In this document: in pieces, positions 1 to 13,237 of the stretch
Numbering within the stretch: position 1 is the stretch's first letter
How the letters are laid out: every line of letters begins with the position of its first letter
NCBI RefSeq assembly: GCF_030028105.1
Contig: NC_092398.1
Coordinates: forward strand, 28,986,424 to 29,050,423
Source of the DNA: Mobula birostris
Lineage: Eukaryota
Length of the DNA stretch: 64,000 nucleotides
Reading direction: 5' to 3'
The notes under the pieces: generated by a model
What the model was told of the DNA's origin: nothing
Database searches by the model: none
What the model saw: only the letters and a program-made list of their open reading frames with translations
Program-made: the position numbers and the translations under genes

Positions 1-69
1 TCCAACTCAGAACTCTGTACCAGCCTTCCCTCCATACCCCCTGATCCCTTTAGCCACAAGTGCCATATC

Positions 70-570
70 ATTGAGGCCTAATTTGGAGCATTGTGTGCAT
101 TTCTGGTCACCTGTCTGCAGGAATGATATCAATAAGATTGAAAGAGTGCAGAGAAAACTTATGAGGACTTGAGGACTTGAGGACCAGAGTTATTGGGAAA
201 GGTTGAATAGGTTAGGACTATACTCCCGGAGTGTAGGAGAATGAGGGGAAGATTTGATTGAGATAAACAAAATTATGAGGGGTGTAGAGAAGCTAAACGT
301 GAGCAGGCTTTTTCCGCTGAGGTTGGGCGAGACTGGAGCTGGAGTTCGTGAGTTGAGAGTTAAGGGTGAAGTGAAAGGGAACCTCAGAGGTGTTGAGAAT
401 GTGGAACAAGCTGCTATCGCAAGTGGTGGTTGTACCGTTGATTGCAATATTTAAGAGATGCACCTGGATGGGAGGAACACGGAGGGTGATAGCCCGGGCG
501 CACATCAATGGATGAGAGTACGGCATGGGCTAGATGGGCCAAAGGTCCCGTTTCTGTGCGCTATGACTCT
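70..570 (+). mobile_element. CR1 LINE 3' fragment
   Basis: Degenerate RT C-terminus (…ttggagcattgtgtgcatttctggtcacc…) and CR1 3' UTR gggctagatgggccaaagg. Confidence 0.75.
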
Positions 571-584
571 GCGCGGCGACTCAC

Positions 585-857
585 TTTTCAGGACGCTCGA
601 ACCGTTGGTGAACTTCATCATCTCCTTGGTGATGCCCTGCTGCCAGGCCTGGATCCCACTCGATCTCTCCTTGAAGTGGTTCACCTCATCTTGGCCGAGC
701 TCCTTTACCCCGTCTGTCTCAACTCCCTTGATGAAGAACATCTGGCGCTGGTAATCGTAGAAGAGGAAGGGAGAGGTGTTCGCATCGAAGACCTTGCCGT
801 TGGTTTCGGAACTCGGGCTGTAGCTGTAATACAGCCTTTCTGAGACGCTTTTAAACA
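585..857 (-). CDS. MHC alpha1-domain exon (exon 2) of a second, divergent alpha-type gene, W-category WA-like; later exons lie left of the window
   Basis: Acceptor ttctttctcactttattccaag and donor A|gtgagt bound 273 nt, phase 1 to 1, fully open: VFKSVSERLYYSYSPSSETNGKVFDANTSPFLFYDYQRQMFFIKGVETDGVKELGQDEVNHFKERSSGIQAWQQGITKEMMKFTNGSSVLK. It has the alpha1 aromatic-aromatic-D strand (FLFYD), no Cys, and a C-terminal N-glycan site; MMKFTNGS parallels MMLTNNS of the exon at 41232. Confidence 0.8.
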
Positions 858-949
858 CTTGGAATAAAGTGAGAAAGAAGTTAGGTACGGTATATGCCCA
901 CCCTTTCCTCGATCACGTCCAAAATAAATAAATTATCAAAGTACATCTA

Positions 950-1530
950 CAATCACTGGCCACATTATGAGGTACACCTGCTCGTAGTACTCAGCCAATC
1001 ACATGGCAGCAGCTCAATGCGTAAAAGCATGCAGGCATAGTCAAGAGGTTCAGTTGTTGTTCAGACCAAACATCAGAATGGGGGAAGAAATGTGATCTAA
1101 GTGACCATGGAAAGATTGTTGGTGCCAGACGGGGTGGTTGGAGCATCTGAGAAGCTGCTGATCTCCTGGGATTTTCACCTGCAACTGTCTCTGGAGCAGT
1201 GGTTCCCAACCCGGGTCCATGGGCCTCTTGATTAATGGTTGGGGTCCAATCCACAAAACAGGTTGGGAACCCCTGTTCTAGAGTTTACAGAGAATGGTGT
1301 GAAAAACAAAAACAAAAAAAAAAATCCAGCGAGCAGCAATTCTGTGGGCAAAAACGGCTTGTTAATGAGAGAGGTCAGAGGAGAATGGCCAGACTGCTTC
1401 AAGCTGACAGGAAGGCAACGGTAACTCAAATAACCACACGTTACAACTGTGGTGTGCCGAGGAGCATTTCTGAGCACGCAGCACGTTAGAGCTGGTAGTG
1501 GCTAGGCTACAGCAGCACATAAACTTAGTG
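950..1530 (+). mobile_element. Tc1-derived non-autonomous DNA element. Related copies at about 10260-10630(-), 15900-16070, 37770-37980, 49965-50885, 56580-58790, 59250-59745 and 62285-63600
   Basis: Shared termini cactcagtggccactttattaggtacacctg / ctaataaagtggccactgagtg and internal transposase remnants (RGQRRMARLLQADRKATVTQITTRYN). Confidence 0.75.
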
Positions 1531-4291
1531 GCTGTCGTGGAAATATTAACTGGGAGCACCTGAGTGACCTTGAGTTTCGTTTTAAGAGTTTATTAACGTG
1601 ATAGCATGGAGGGCCTGCAGCAGTCTCCACCGCCAACAGAGCTCTATCTTTTAGGTTATACATAGCTCACCATATACTACCCTGAGATTCATTTTCTTAC
1701 AGGCCTTCACAGTTTTGTTGAGGCCCTCCGTTGGTCGGGGACAACTCTTATTGCATCCTAGCGGTCTACATGGTATGCAAGCCAGGGCAGTCCGATATGG
1801 AGCGCAAGCTGTTGCCCCTGTCGCAAGCTTCCCCTCTCCACGCAGCCGTGAATCCAAAGGAACGGCGGAGACCGATACAGTTTGGCACCAGCCAGTGTTA
1901 CTCGTGTTGCCAATCAGCATTTAACTCAACGTGGGGACTCCAGCTCCGGATAATTCCTCGGAGTTTATTCCCGAAGCCAGGCCCATGACTGGGTATAGCC
2001 TCAAGGCAGCAGAGGTTTGAGGGTTTTCCTTCTACAAGATGAGCTGCCAGCCATATCTGCCCGATGCGACTGGTTTTAAGGTGCCAGTCACCGCCTTTGC
2101 CCCTTCTCCAATGGGTTTAGTAGCTAAGCCACACGTGAAAGCCAAGAGCTGGACTTGGTTGTCAGAGGCTATTGGAGGCGCACGACATTGGGAGCATTTA
2201 ATAGATAGTAGGAGCTTATTCCCACTACCTCTCCGGGCTATGGGAACTTTAAGGAGCCTAATGAAAAGCTACAAAGACTTACCAACAACCAATGTGCAAA
2301 AATGAAAAGTGTGCAAATGCAACAAAAAAAGATAAATTAGTAAATAAATAATACTGAGAACATGTAGAGTCCTTGAAAGTGAGTCTGCAGGTTCTGGAGT
2401 TCAGTGCGGAGGTGAGTGAAGTATGCAGACTCACACCCAAATAAACAAAATTCCATTCTTCATACTGTACAGCCCTTGAGGGAGAGACGCTGGCCAAGAA
2501 CATTTGCTCCTCTTTCAGCGAGGCCGGACTGTTGTTAGTCATTCAGGGACCAACAGACATACATTTGGACCAGAATCTGGCCATTCGGCCCATTGAGTCT
2601 GCTCTGCCATTCCATTGTGGCTGACTTATTATCCGTCTCAATCCCATTCTCCGGCCTTCTCCTCGTAACCTTTGACACGCTTGCTAATCAGGCCCCTGGT
2701 TTATATATACTCAATGACTTGGCGTCCACAGCCCCATCTATGGCAATGGATTCCACAGATTCATCACCCTCTGGATAAAGAAATTCTTTTCAATATCCAA
2801 TAGGTTTCAGTGAGACCTCTCCCCCCTCCACCCACCTAATTCTTCTAAACTCCAGCGAGAACAGGCCTAGAGCCATCAAATGTGCCTCGCACACTAATCC
2901 GTTCATTCCCAGGATAATTCCTGTGAAGTTCCCCTGGATCCTCTCCAATGCCAGCACATCATTTCTTCGAGAAAAGGCCCAAGATAGTTCCATTTTCCCA
3001 GGCCAGACCTGCCTAATGCAAGGGAGCATAACGTTAAAGTGACTGGAGATGTTAGGGTCAAAAACAGATGGTGTGTCCTAGCTATCGTTATACGCAAGCC
3101 AGGGCAGTACGATATGGGGAGCAAGCTGTTACCCATGTAACAGGCTTCCCCTCTCTATGCAGCTGATGAATCCAAAGGAACGGCAGACGCCGATACCGTC
3201 AGGCATCAGCAGCACCGCAGGCGTTGCCAGTCAGTGGTGAAATCAACGTCGGACTGTCTTACAGACTCCAGCTCTGGATTTTCCCCTTGGGGTTTACTCC
3301 CCATGAGTGGGTATAGCCCCAAGGCAGCAGAGGTTTGAGATCAGAGTTTTCCTTCTCCTATACCAGCTTCCAATGTCGGCCGATGAACCCCATCTGCCTG
3401 ATGCAGAGGTAGTTTTTTAAACACAGACTATGTGGGTATGTGGAACACCCTGCCAGGGGCAATGGGAGAGGAAAATTCCTTAGAGACATTTAAGGAACTC
3501 AGATGGATGATAGAAAAATGGAGGGTTACATAGAAGAGAAGGGTTAGATTGACCTTAGAGTAGGTTAAAACCTTGTCACAAAGTTGTACGTCGAAGGACC
3601 TGTTCTGTTCTAAGTTCCATTTTCTATGTAAAGATGCTCACGATACTCCAGTTGCGGTCTGACCAATGCAGATTCAGGCATTGGTCAGACGACACTTGGA
3701 GTATCCAGGGAGCCCAAGTTCGAACCTGACCCAAGGTGCTACCTATGCGGAGTTTGCAAGCTCACTTTGTAAACACTTTGGCTTCTGCAGGATGCTCCAG
3801 AGGCCCCTGCACGTCCCCAAGCTGTGTTAACGAGCCAATGTAGTATCAAGGATCAATATTATTCACCATAGCTATCTGTTAGTCTCGTGAGACCATGGAT
3901 TTGCGCCTTGGAAGGTCTCCAGGGCGCAGACCTGGGCAAGGTTGTATGGGAGACCGGTAGTTGCCCATGCTGCAAGTCTGCCCTCTCCACACCCACTGAT
4001 GTTGTCCAAGGGAAGGGCACTGGAGCCGATGCAGCTTGGCACCAGTGTCGTCGCAGAGCAATGTGTGATTAAGTGCCTTGCTCGAGGAAACAACATAAAG
4101 ACATAAATACCAGCATGTATTTACAATGTAAACAGCATTATAAAATTGGTTTGAAGTGTTTGCAGTGCAATGATGGAGTAATAGATAGAGGGGATTGGGG
4201 AGGTAACTAGAATGGTGGATCAGATTAACTGCCTGGGGGAAGAAACTTTTAAGATGGCGTGAACGCTTTGTTTTAATAATCGTAGAGCGCT

Positions 4292-6975
4292 TTCCACAAG
4301 AATAAATTACTGTTTTATTTCTATTCTGACATGTTCCAGCACCTGTACAACGAACTTTGCTAATTGCCATGATGTTAATCTTTAGTCTTTCCATTTCATT
4401 TATCACATTGTCCAATCTTCCTGCTTGATATAGGGTTCTGACATTCCATTCTAATGGGGTAGGAATTCTTATGGATGAAAACATGGTAAAAATTGTTTTA
4501 GGACATTGGACAATATCAGAAAGAGTGCTCCTTGTTAGATTCAGATTTAGCAGTTATACAGGTATATGGAACAAATGAGGATATACTGTAGATAAATTCA
4601 ACGAAGAGCTTGAACAAGCAAAGAATGGATGCAAATCTCAAGATATAGTTATTGTCATGGGAGATCTAAGTGCTAAAGTAGGACAAGGTGCAGATGGAAA
4701 TACCATAGGAAAATTTGGACTAGGGAAAAGAAATGAAAGAGGTGAGAAATGGGTAGAATGGTGCAAGATGAATAATCAGGTCATTACGAATACCTACTTT
4801 AAAAACCATCCAAGAGGCTTGTGGACTTGGAAAAGTCCAGGTGATAACACTAGAAATCAAATTGACTTTATTACTATAAACCAAAGATTTAGAAACCCAG
4901 TGACTCAATGCAAAACATATCCAGGTGCAGTCTGTAATAGTGACCATAACCCAGTAATATGTCATGTAAAAGTAAAACTTAAAAAAGTAAAGATGCAAAA
5001 TCCTGAACAATCCCTTGACTGTTTCCTATTAACTAAAGAAGAGAACTTAAGACAAAAATTTACAATTGAAGTAAGGAATAGATTTCATAGTCTAGAAATA
5101 GACTCTGTTGAAGATGATCGCCATCATGTAGAAATGAAGTTTAACTCTCCAAAGGATGCCTTGGTAGAATCAGCAAAGGCAGTGATTCCTAAAAAAAAAG
5201 AAAAAAAAACAAAGAATAAATGGATGATAGATGAAATCAAAAATCTATGGAATGAAGGAGACAGAATAAAGCAAAAAAAGTTAAAAGTTTATGTCAAAAA
5301 GCCAAAGAAGAATGGTTAAACTAGAAATGTGAGCAGCTAGAAAGAATTTCTATTACTGATCCAAAAAGGTTATATCAACAAATCAAGAATATCACTGGTA
5401 AAAAGCTCCTCTGTTCTTCAGGTGGATGTTTGAAAGCAAAGGACGGTACCATTATCATGGAAAAAGATGAGATTATGAACAGATGGACTGAGTATATTCA
5501 GGAATTGTTTGAAGATGATCCAGACGAAAAAACAGAAATTAAGAAGAACATGCAAGGTCCAAGTATTTTAAAATCTGAAGTTCGTAATGCAATAAATAAG
5601 ATGAAGAAAGGAAAGGCAGCAGGTCCTGATGAATTAGTAATAGAACAAATTATCACCCTTGAAGATTATGGAATTGAAAAACTTACTGATTTAATCAATG
5701 ACATTTATCAGACTGGAATAATAACAGAAGAGATGATAAAATCTGTATTCATCACTCTTCCTAAGAAACCTGGAGCAATAGAATGTGAATTACATAGAAC
5801 CATAAGTTTAATGAGTCGTATCACCAAGATAATTCTAAGAATTTTGATGACAAGAGGTAAAAATAAGATACAAGCTGAAACAGGTAAAGAACAATGTGGT
5901 TTTATGAAAGACAAAGGTACAAGAAACGCGATATTGACGTTAAGGATACTATCAGAACGAGCTGTTCAAGTGCAAAAAGATTTGTTTGTTTGTTTTATTG
6001 ACTGCACAAAAGCATTTGATAAAGTAAAGCACATAAGTTATTTGAAATATTACAGAAAACTCTAGATCTAGATTCAAAAGTCCTCGCCTAATCAGAAATC
6101 TGTACTGGGAGCAAGCTGCCGCTGTAGGAATAGATGGTGAAGTAACTCACTTTACGCAAATCAAGAGAGGCATTAGACAGGGGTGTGTTTTCTCCCCTGA
6201 TTTGATTAATGTGTACTGTGAAACAATATTACAAAAAATGAGACATCTTGGGAATCAAAGTTGGCACTGAAAACATCAATAATTTCAGATATGCGGATGA
6301 CATTATGTTAATTACAAGTACTGAGGAAGAACTACAAAACTTAATTAATATAGTTGTTGAAGAAAGTGCAAAAATGGGTCTATCTATCAATTGCAAAAAG
6401 ACAGAAAGTATGGTGATATCCAAAAAGAAGGCGAATCCTATCTGCAGGCTGAGAATAAATGGGGAAGACATAAAACAAGTACAGAACTTTTGCTGCTTTG
6501 GAAGCTGGGTGACATCAGATGGCAGGTGTGACATGGACATCAAAAGGAGAATAGGGATGGCAAAAGACACCTTTACAAGAATGAAGAGTATACTGACCAA
6601 TACTAAATGAATTGTAGCAGAAGAGATGTGGTTTCTGAAGAGGATGCAAAGAATATCATGGACGAAACGAATATCTAACAAGGATTTCATGAACAGAGCA
6701 AGTACAAAAAGAGAAATAATGTATGAGAACATGAAAAGGCAAGGTGCCTTCATTGTACATGTGATTCGGAAAGAGGAGTTAGAATACACGGTAATTATGG
6801 GAAAGATTGAAGGGAAGAAAGCAAGAGGAAGGCAAAGACAAATGATGATGGAGACAGCAGCCAGAAAACTAGAAATGAATACCAATGAATTGATCCACTT
6901 GACCCGAAACAGGAGCGTGTGGGCCATGGCAGTCAAAGCTCAAACTGGGCATGGCACCTGATGATGATGATGAGA
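4292..6975 (+). mobile_element. RTE-clade LINE, near full-length ORF with frameshifts and an inverted 5' end
   Basis: APE endonuclease (MGDLSAKVG…SDHNPV), RT (GKAAGPD, RTISLMS, RYADD), (TGA)n tail. 4292-4451 encodes the N-terminal WNVRTLYQAG segment on the opposite strand. Confidence 0.92.
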
Positions 6976-9780
6976 GCGCTTTCCAGAGGGGAGTGTCTGC
7001 GTTGATTTTTCCTGCACACTTCTTTGTCCTGGACACGCACAAGTCCTTCTTTGTCCTGGACACGCACAAGTCCTGCAGTGATGGTAAACTGCAGCCAATG
7101 CAGGGCACTGCCCTCACAGTTCGCTGTAGTTTTTCTTTACTGTGCGAGGATACAGTGAGATGATTGCCAGTTACTTGTCACTGACCATCCTAACTTCTGT
7201 CGAGAGTGTCCTGGCTGGTTACATCACGGCTTCCATGCGCAGGAATACAAAAAAGCATCAGAGATTAGTGGACTCAAGCCAATGCATCACAGGCCCATCC
7301 CTTCTCACCATCAGTAGTGTTTGCCTCAGGAAAGCAACATCAAAGATTGCTGACCACTCAGGGCCACACCATCACTGCGCAGCTCCCATCGGTACTGGAG
7401 CCTGAAGTCCCACCCCACCAGGTTCAGAAACAGCGACTTCCCTTCAACCATTCGGTTCTGCAACTGACTGGCACAACTCTGATCACCACCTCGGTACAGT
7501 AACTGACCTTGATTACCGCTGGATCATGGTGTAGAAATATCTCTATTTTTCCCTTTCAGGGTTCTTTTGAAGACGCTGACCTGGAGTTACACGCTGACTT
7601 CAGTTCCTTGCGGGAATGGGACCCGCTCCCGGGGTCTCACGACTGGCCGTTATTCGTTATGCCAAGGACATGGCCTATAAGACGCGCGAGCCTTCAGGGT
7701 TCCGGGATTTCGTGGCTCTGGAGGCTGGCAGACTTGAGGTCGGTGCCTCAGCAGGAATTTGGTGTGCCGTGGGAGCACACAGAAGATCGAAAGCAGAGAG
7801 CTGGCTGCTAGCTGTGTGCCCAGAGTCCCGAGAGCTTTGGGCACAGAGCTCAGAAAAAGCGACGCAGCAGACTTTTAACACCGTAAATCAGCGAGTGGCT
7901 TTGTTATGTCTCCCCTCTCGCTGTGAAATGGGGACATCTCTTTTTCCCTCATTTGGGTGAGAGAGAGAGAGAGCCCATGGTATGTTGAATACCGGGTGAA
8001 GGAGTAGTCTTTCGGCTACTACAAGTCTGTCTGTTTATTGATGCTTTTCTGTATGCTTGAGTGCTTGGTGAGGCGTGCAGCTGCTTTTTCTCTGGTGGGG
8101 AGGGGGCCATTGCTTTGCTGCTGCTTGTGCGTAGGAGTGGGAGCTGGGGGCGGGGCTTTGGAGTTCCTCTGTATTCGTTGATGTTTGCGAAGAAAAAAGA
8201 TATTCAGGATTTATATTATATACATTTCTCTGACATTAAATATACCTTAGAGAATTGCAACCTTTCTTATATTTCCCTTGTGGTTTAACATTCTTGAGCT
8301 TGCCTTTTACGTAATCACCTGATCAGTGATTTTTCCAGCAATTACGGTATAGTGTTTCTATATTTTTCTGGAAGCTTCCTATTTTGTCATGCCACTTGAA
8401 TCCAGCTATTTATAGGTTGTTATCTCCAGTCTGAGTATGTCCTTTGTTCTATGGAATGCTGAAAGGCCTCGACAGAGTGGGTGTGGAGAGGATCTTTCCA
8501 ATGGTGGGGAGAGTCTAAGACCAGAGCACACAGCTTCAGATTGGAGGGGCGTCCTTTTTGAACGGAGATGTGGAGCAATTTCTTTAGCCAGAGAGTGGTG
8601 AGTCTGTGGAATTTTTTGCCACAGATGGCTGTGGAGACAAAGTCATCGGGTGTGTTTAAGGCAGAGGTTGATAGGTTCTTGATTAGTCAGGGCATGAAGA
8701 CAGGAGACTGGGGCTGAGAGGGAAATGGATCGGCCATGGGGAAATGGCAGAGCAGACTCGATGGGCCAAATGGCCTAATTCTGCTCCAATATCTTATGGT
8801 CTTTATTAAGTACACCCGCTTGATAATATAAATATCTAATCAGCCAATCATGTGGCAGCAGCTCACTGCATTAAAAAGTATTTTTCATAAAAGTATTTCA
8901 ACACACTGCTTTTCAAGATACTTTTTCGAACAAGCTAGTGTAAGTTTTCTTCTGTCCTGTTACACTGAAGGACCTTGAGTCAAGGCAAACTACTTATTTG
9001 ACTTTACCAGGAGTGACAGAAGGGTGTTGCAGGGTTGCCAGGGCTCCTTAGTTGTAGAGGAGAAAAGTTTAGATCAGATTATTTTGAGATTAAAAGCAAG
9101 TAATGCTCAAGCTTTAGAAGGCATTGGTCAGACCACACTTGGAGCATTGTGAACAGTTTCAGGTCCCTTAGGTGTTGGCATTAGAGAAGGTCGAGAGGAG
9201 AATGGTCCTGGGAATGAGAGGGTTAATAGATGAGGAGGATTTGATGGCTCAGGGATGTACTTGCTGGTGGTTAGAAGAATGATGGGTGATTCTCAATGAC
9301 ACCTATTGAATATTGAAAGTCTTAGAGAATGGATGTGGAGAAGATGTTTCCAATGGTGCAGGAGTCTAGGACCACAGGGCATAGAAGAAAAGAGACACTT
9401 TAGAACAGAGATGAGGAGGAATTTCTTTAGTCAGAGGGTGGTGAATCTGCAGAATTCATTGCCACAGATAGCCGTGGAGGCTGAGTCACTGGGTAGATTT
9501 AAAGTGGAGGTTGTTGTTTAGTAATGGCATTAAAGGTTACGAGGAGAAGGCAGGAGAATGGGGTTGAGAGAGTAATAAAAAGGCCAATCGAATGGCAGAG
9601 AAAATCCGATGGGCTGAATGGCTAATTGGTCTTACAACAGCCATTATTGTATGGAGACTCAATGAGCCCAACTCTGCTCCTCTGCCTTACAGTCTTATTG
9701 CCACCAATCAGCCAACTATGTAATGCAAGTCCCTTCAACATCAATAAGTTCCAAGTTTCCCCCAATGACAAAGCACTCAC

Positions 9781-9841
9781 CAATTTCCTCTCCCGTTGCC
9801 ATGGGCAATAGCAGGGCCATTAAGAAGCCAAATAGGTCCAT
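9781..9841 (-). CDS. Signal-peptide exon (exon 1) of the left MHC alpha-type gene
   Basis: cagacATGG start, MDLFGFLMALLLPMATGEEI plus one G, then a gtgagt donor. The 61-nt phase-1 exon joins exon 585-857 in frame (G+TG=Val). A TATA-like CATAAA lies about 60 nt upstream (9901-9906). Confidence 0.78.
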
Positions 9842-11899
9842 GTCTGCGGATGGCTCCTCTCTCCAGGAGCAATAAAATGATGTGAACTGGGACTGTCCAG
9901 TTTATGAACGGGGCTTAGATTTTTGCTGACTACACAAGACATGGTGAAATAATTCAACTCCACTGCTAGTGTGACGATTTTATGAGTAACATTAACTTGA
10001 CAGCTACAGTAACAATCGTTAACAGGCAGTGGTTCAACTCTCAAACCGTTCTTCATGAAGTAGCACGTTTAAATATACTTTCAGGAAATTTTAGACCTCA
10101 AGGCACAGAGCAGTTATTGAAAGTGGCGATTTTGTCAAGTTAAAGTGTTTTGTGAAGTCTGTGTTTGGATTTACTTCACAGGATGGCAGATTTTGTAACG
10201 GTATTAAATCATGCCACATTCCAATTTACTTATCACGTGTGCATTGAAACATTACTCAATGGCTACTTTATTAGATACCTGCTAAATTGTTTGTTTGTGT
10301 TCTTCTGCTGATGTTGCCCACCCTCTTCAAGGTTTGACGTGTTGTGCGTTTAGAGATACTCCTCAGCACACCACTGTTGTAACGCGTGGTTATTTGAGTT
10401 GCTGTCGCCTTCCTGTCAGCTTGAACCAGTCTGGCCATTCTCCTCTGACCTCTCTCATTAACGAGGCACTTTCGCCCACCGAGCTGCCGCTCTGTGGATG
10501 TCTTTTTTGTTTATCACACCGTTCTCTGTTAACTCTAGAGACCGTTGTGCATGAAAATCCCAGGAGATCAGCGGTCTTTGAGATACCCAAATCGTAACCA
10601 TCTGGCACCAACGGTCATTCCACAGTCAAGTAATAATTTAGATTACATGTATTTCGAGATCAGCCATTCCTCCCTTTCGAGCCGCACCACCCAGCAACCC
10701 CCGATTTAACTCTGGCCTAATCACAGGATAATTTACAATGGCCAATTAACCTACTGACCAGTAGGTCTTTTGATTGTGGGAGGTAACCAGAGCATTGGGA
10801 GGAAGCCCACGTGGTCACGGCGAGAACGTACAAACTCCTTACCAGCAGCGGCGGAAATTGAACCCGGGTCGCTGGTACCGTAAAGCGTTGCGCAGGCAGA
10901 CTTCTTCCTCTGAGTTTGGGGGAGACTAGAATTAGATATCGTGAGCTGAGGGTTGAAACGTTTAAGCGGAACGAGGGGGGATCCTCTTCACTCAGAGGGC
11001 GGTGAAAGTGTGGAACGATCTGTCAGCAGGAGTGGTGGGCGTGGGTTTGGTTGCAACACTTGGGAAATTTGGGTGGGTACATGGACGGCAGGAGTAATGG
11101 AGGGCCAAGGTCCAGGTGCAGGTTGATTGGGCTAGGCAGAATAACAGCTCGGCATGGACTAGATGGGCCAAAGGGCCTATTTCTGTACTGGATGACCACC
11201 CGTCAGCCAGAACATCCTCAAGAGGTGGTGACTCAAGAAGTTGGCATCTGTCGCCAATCTCTGGGACGTGCCCTCTTCTTGTTCATACCATTGGGAGGAG
11301 ATACAGGAGCTGAAAACACACACTCAATGATTCACAAACTTCTTCCCCTCTGTCATTGGAGTTCTGAATGGACATTGAACCCATGAGCAGCACCTCATTA
11401 TTCTCTTGTCTGGTTTTTTGCACTAGGGATGGTGGTAGAGTCAGATACATGAGGGACATTTAACACAAAGACACATGGATAAAAGAAACATGGAGGGGCG
11501 TGTGGGAGACAAAGGTTAAATTGATCTTGGAGTGGTTTGTAAGGTCAGCCCAACAATATTCACAGTACATTTATTATCAAAGTATATGTATACTTTATAC
11601 AACCTTGAAATTCGTCTCCTTATCGGCAGCCACAAAACAAAGAAACCCCAAAAAACAAATTTAAAGCAAAAGACCGACAAACACCCAATGTGGTGAGAGA
11701 ATAAAAATAACAAATTGTGCAAACAATAGAAGTAAGTAAATAGCATTTAGAATGAAAGTGAGTTCTCAGGGACGAAGCCCAGCCATTTGGCCCATCGAGT
11801 CTACTTTGTCATTCAAGCCTAGCTAATTTAGCATGCCTCTCAATCCCATTCTCCTGCCTTCTCCCCGTAACCTTTAATGTCCTTACCCATCGAGAACTT

Positions 11900-12150
11900 T
11901 TCTAACTCGGCACGGTAGTATAGCGGTTAGCGCGACACTTTACAGAACCAGTGACCCGGGTTCAATTCCCTCTGCTGTCTTTGAGGAGTTTGTACGTTCT
12001 CCCCGTGACTGCGTGGGTTTCCTCTGGGTGTTCCGGTTACCTCCCACCATCCAAAGATGCACCGGTTGGTAGCTTGATTGGTCATTGGGCTAGGATTAAG
12101 TCATGGGCTACAGGGTGGAGTGGTTTGAGGGCCAGAAAAGCCTGTTCCTC
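11900..12150 (+). mobile_element. tRNA-derived V-SINE/HE1-like SINE. Related copies at about 10660-10900(-), 14500-14620, 43880-44130 and 44570-44810(-)
   Basis: A/B boxes (tagtatagcggttag; gggttcaattcc) followed by the conserved gagtttgtacgttctccccgtgactgcgtgggtttcc core. Confidence 0.7.
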
Positions 12151-12539
12151 TCTGAATTTCAACCTCCGATTAAAAATTACATATCAGCCTCCGCTTTAAA
12201 TGACTTGGCCACGACATCTTGGGAATATTCGATGTGTTTTATTTCCATGAAATGACCAATTTCCTGTTTTGAACTGGTCTAAGGGGAAGTTTTCTCCTCG
12301 TCGTATCTCTGTGACATCTCCCCCTCACCACCCGCCCCCCCGCTTTGCGATTGAGATCAGTCATTAACATTGTGCTGTGGAATTATATCATTTCTGAGAA
12401 AGCTGCTGGTCCATTTTGAGCCAAGCCTTATTATAAACAGACCTTTTGGGTTTGCCCAGAAATATCAACCAGGATTTTAGATATTTAACCCAGTTATGTA
12501 AAAGTAAGAAAGATTCAGTGCTCATGTGTAATCCTCCAC

Positions 12540-13190
12540 CATGTGGACATATAAATACCTGGGGATACGAATTGACAATAAACTGGACTGGTCTAAAAAC
12601 ACTGAGGCTGTCTACAAGAAGGGTCAGAGCCGTCTCTATTTCCTGAGGAGAGTGAGGTCCTTTAACATCTGTCGGACGATGATGAGGATGTTCTACGAGT
12701 CTGTGGTGGCCAGTGCTATCATGTTTACTGTTGTGTGCTGGGGCAGCAGGCTGAGGGTAGCAGACACCAACAGAATCAACAAACTCATTCGTAAGGCCAG
12801 TGATGTTGTGGGGATGGAACTGGACTCTCTCACGGTGGTGTCTGAAAAGAGAATGCTGTCTAAGTTGCATGCCATCTTGGTCAATGTCTCCCATCCACTA
12901 CATAATGTACTGGTTGGGCATAGGAGTACATTCAGCCAGAGACTCATTCCTCCGAGATGCAATACAGAGCGTCATAGGAAGTCATTCCTGCCTGTGGCCA
13001 TCAAACTTTACAACTCCTCCCTTGGAGGGTCAGACACCCTGAGCCAATAGGTTGGTCCTGGACTTATTTCATAATTTACTGACGTAATTTACATATTACT
13101 ATTTAACTATTTATGGTTCTATTACTATTTATTATTTATGGTGCAACTGTAACAAAAACCAATTTCCTCCGGGATCAATAAAGTATGACT
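12540..13190 (+). mobile_element. Rex1/Babar-like LINE 3' fragment. Related pieces at 22370-23270(+), 32200-32680(-) and 38900-39340(+)
   Basis: YKYLG…LDWSKNT…QSRLYFLRR…FYESVVAS RT C-terminus; aataaagtatgactatga tail. Confidence 0.8.
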
Positions 13191-13237
13191 ATGACCATTA
13201 ACCCTAAAAGTTCTGGTTCCCATTCACTCTTCCCAAT

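Noticed and set aside
6229-6936. Long hydrophobic antisense ORFs over LINEs (also 24834-25238, 27338-27967, 30551-30937)
   Set aside because: Reverse-frame shadows of RTE and CR1 ORF2.
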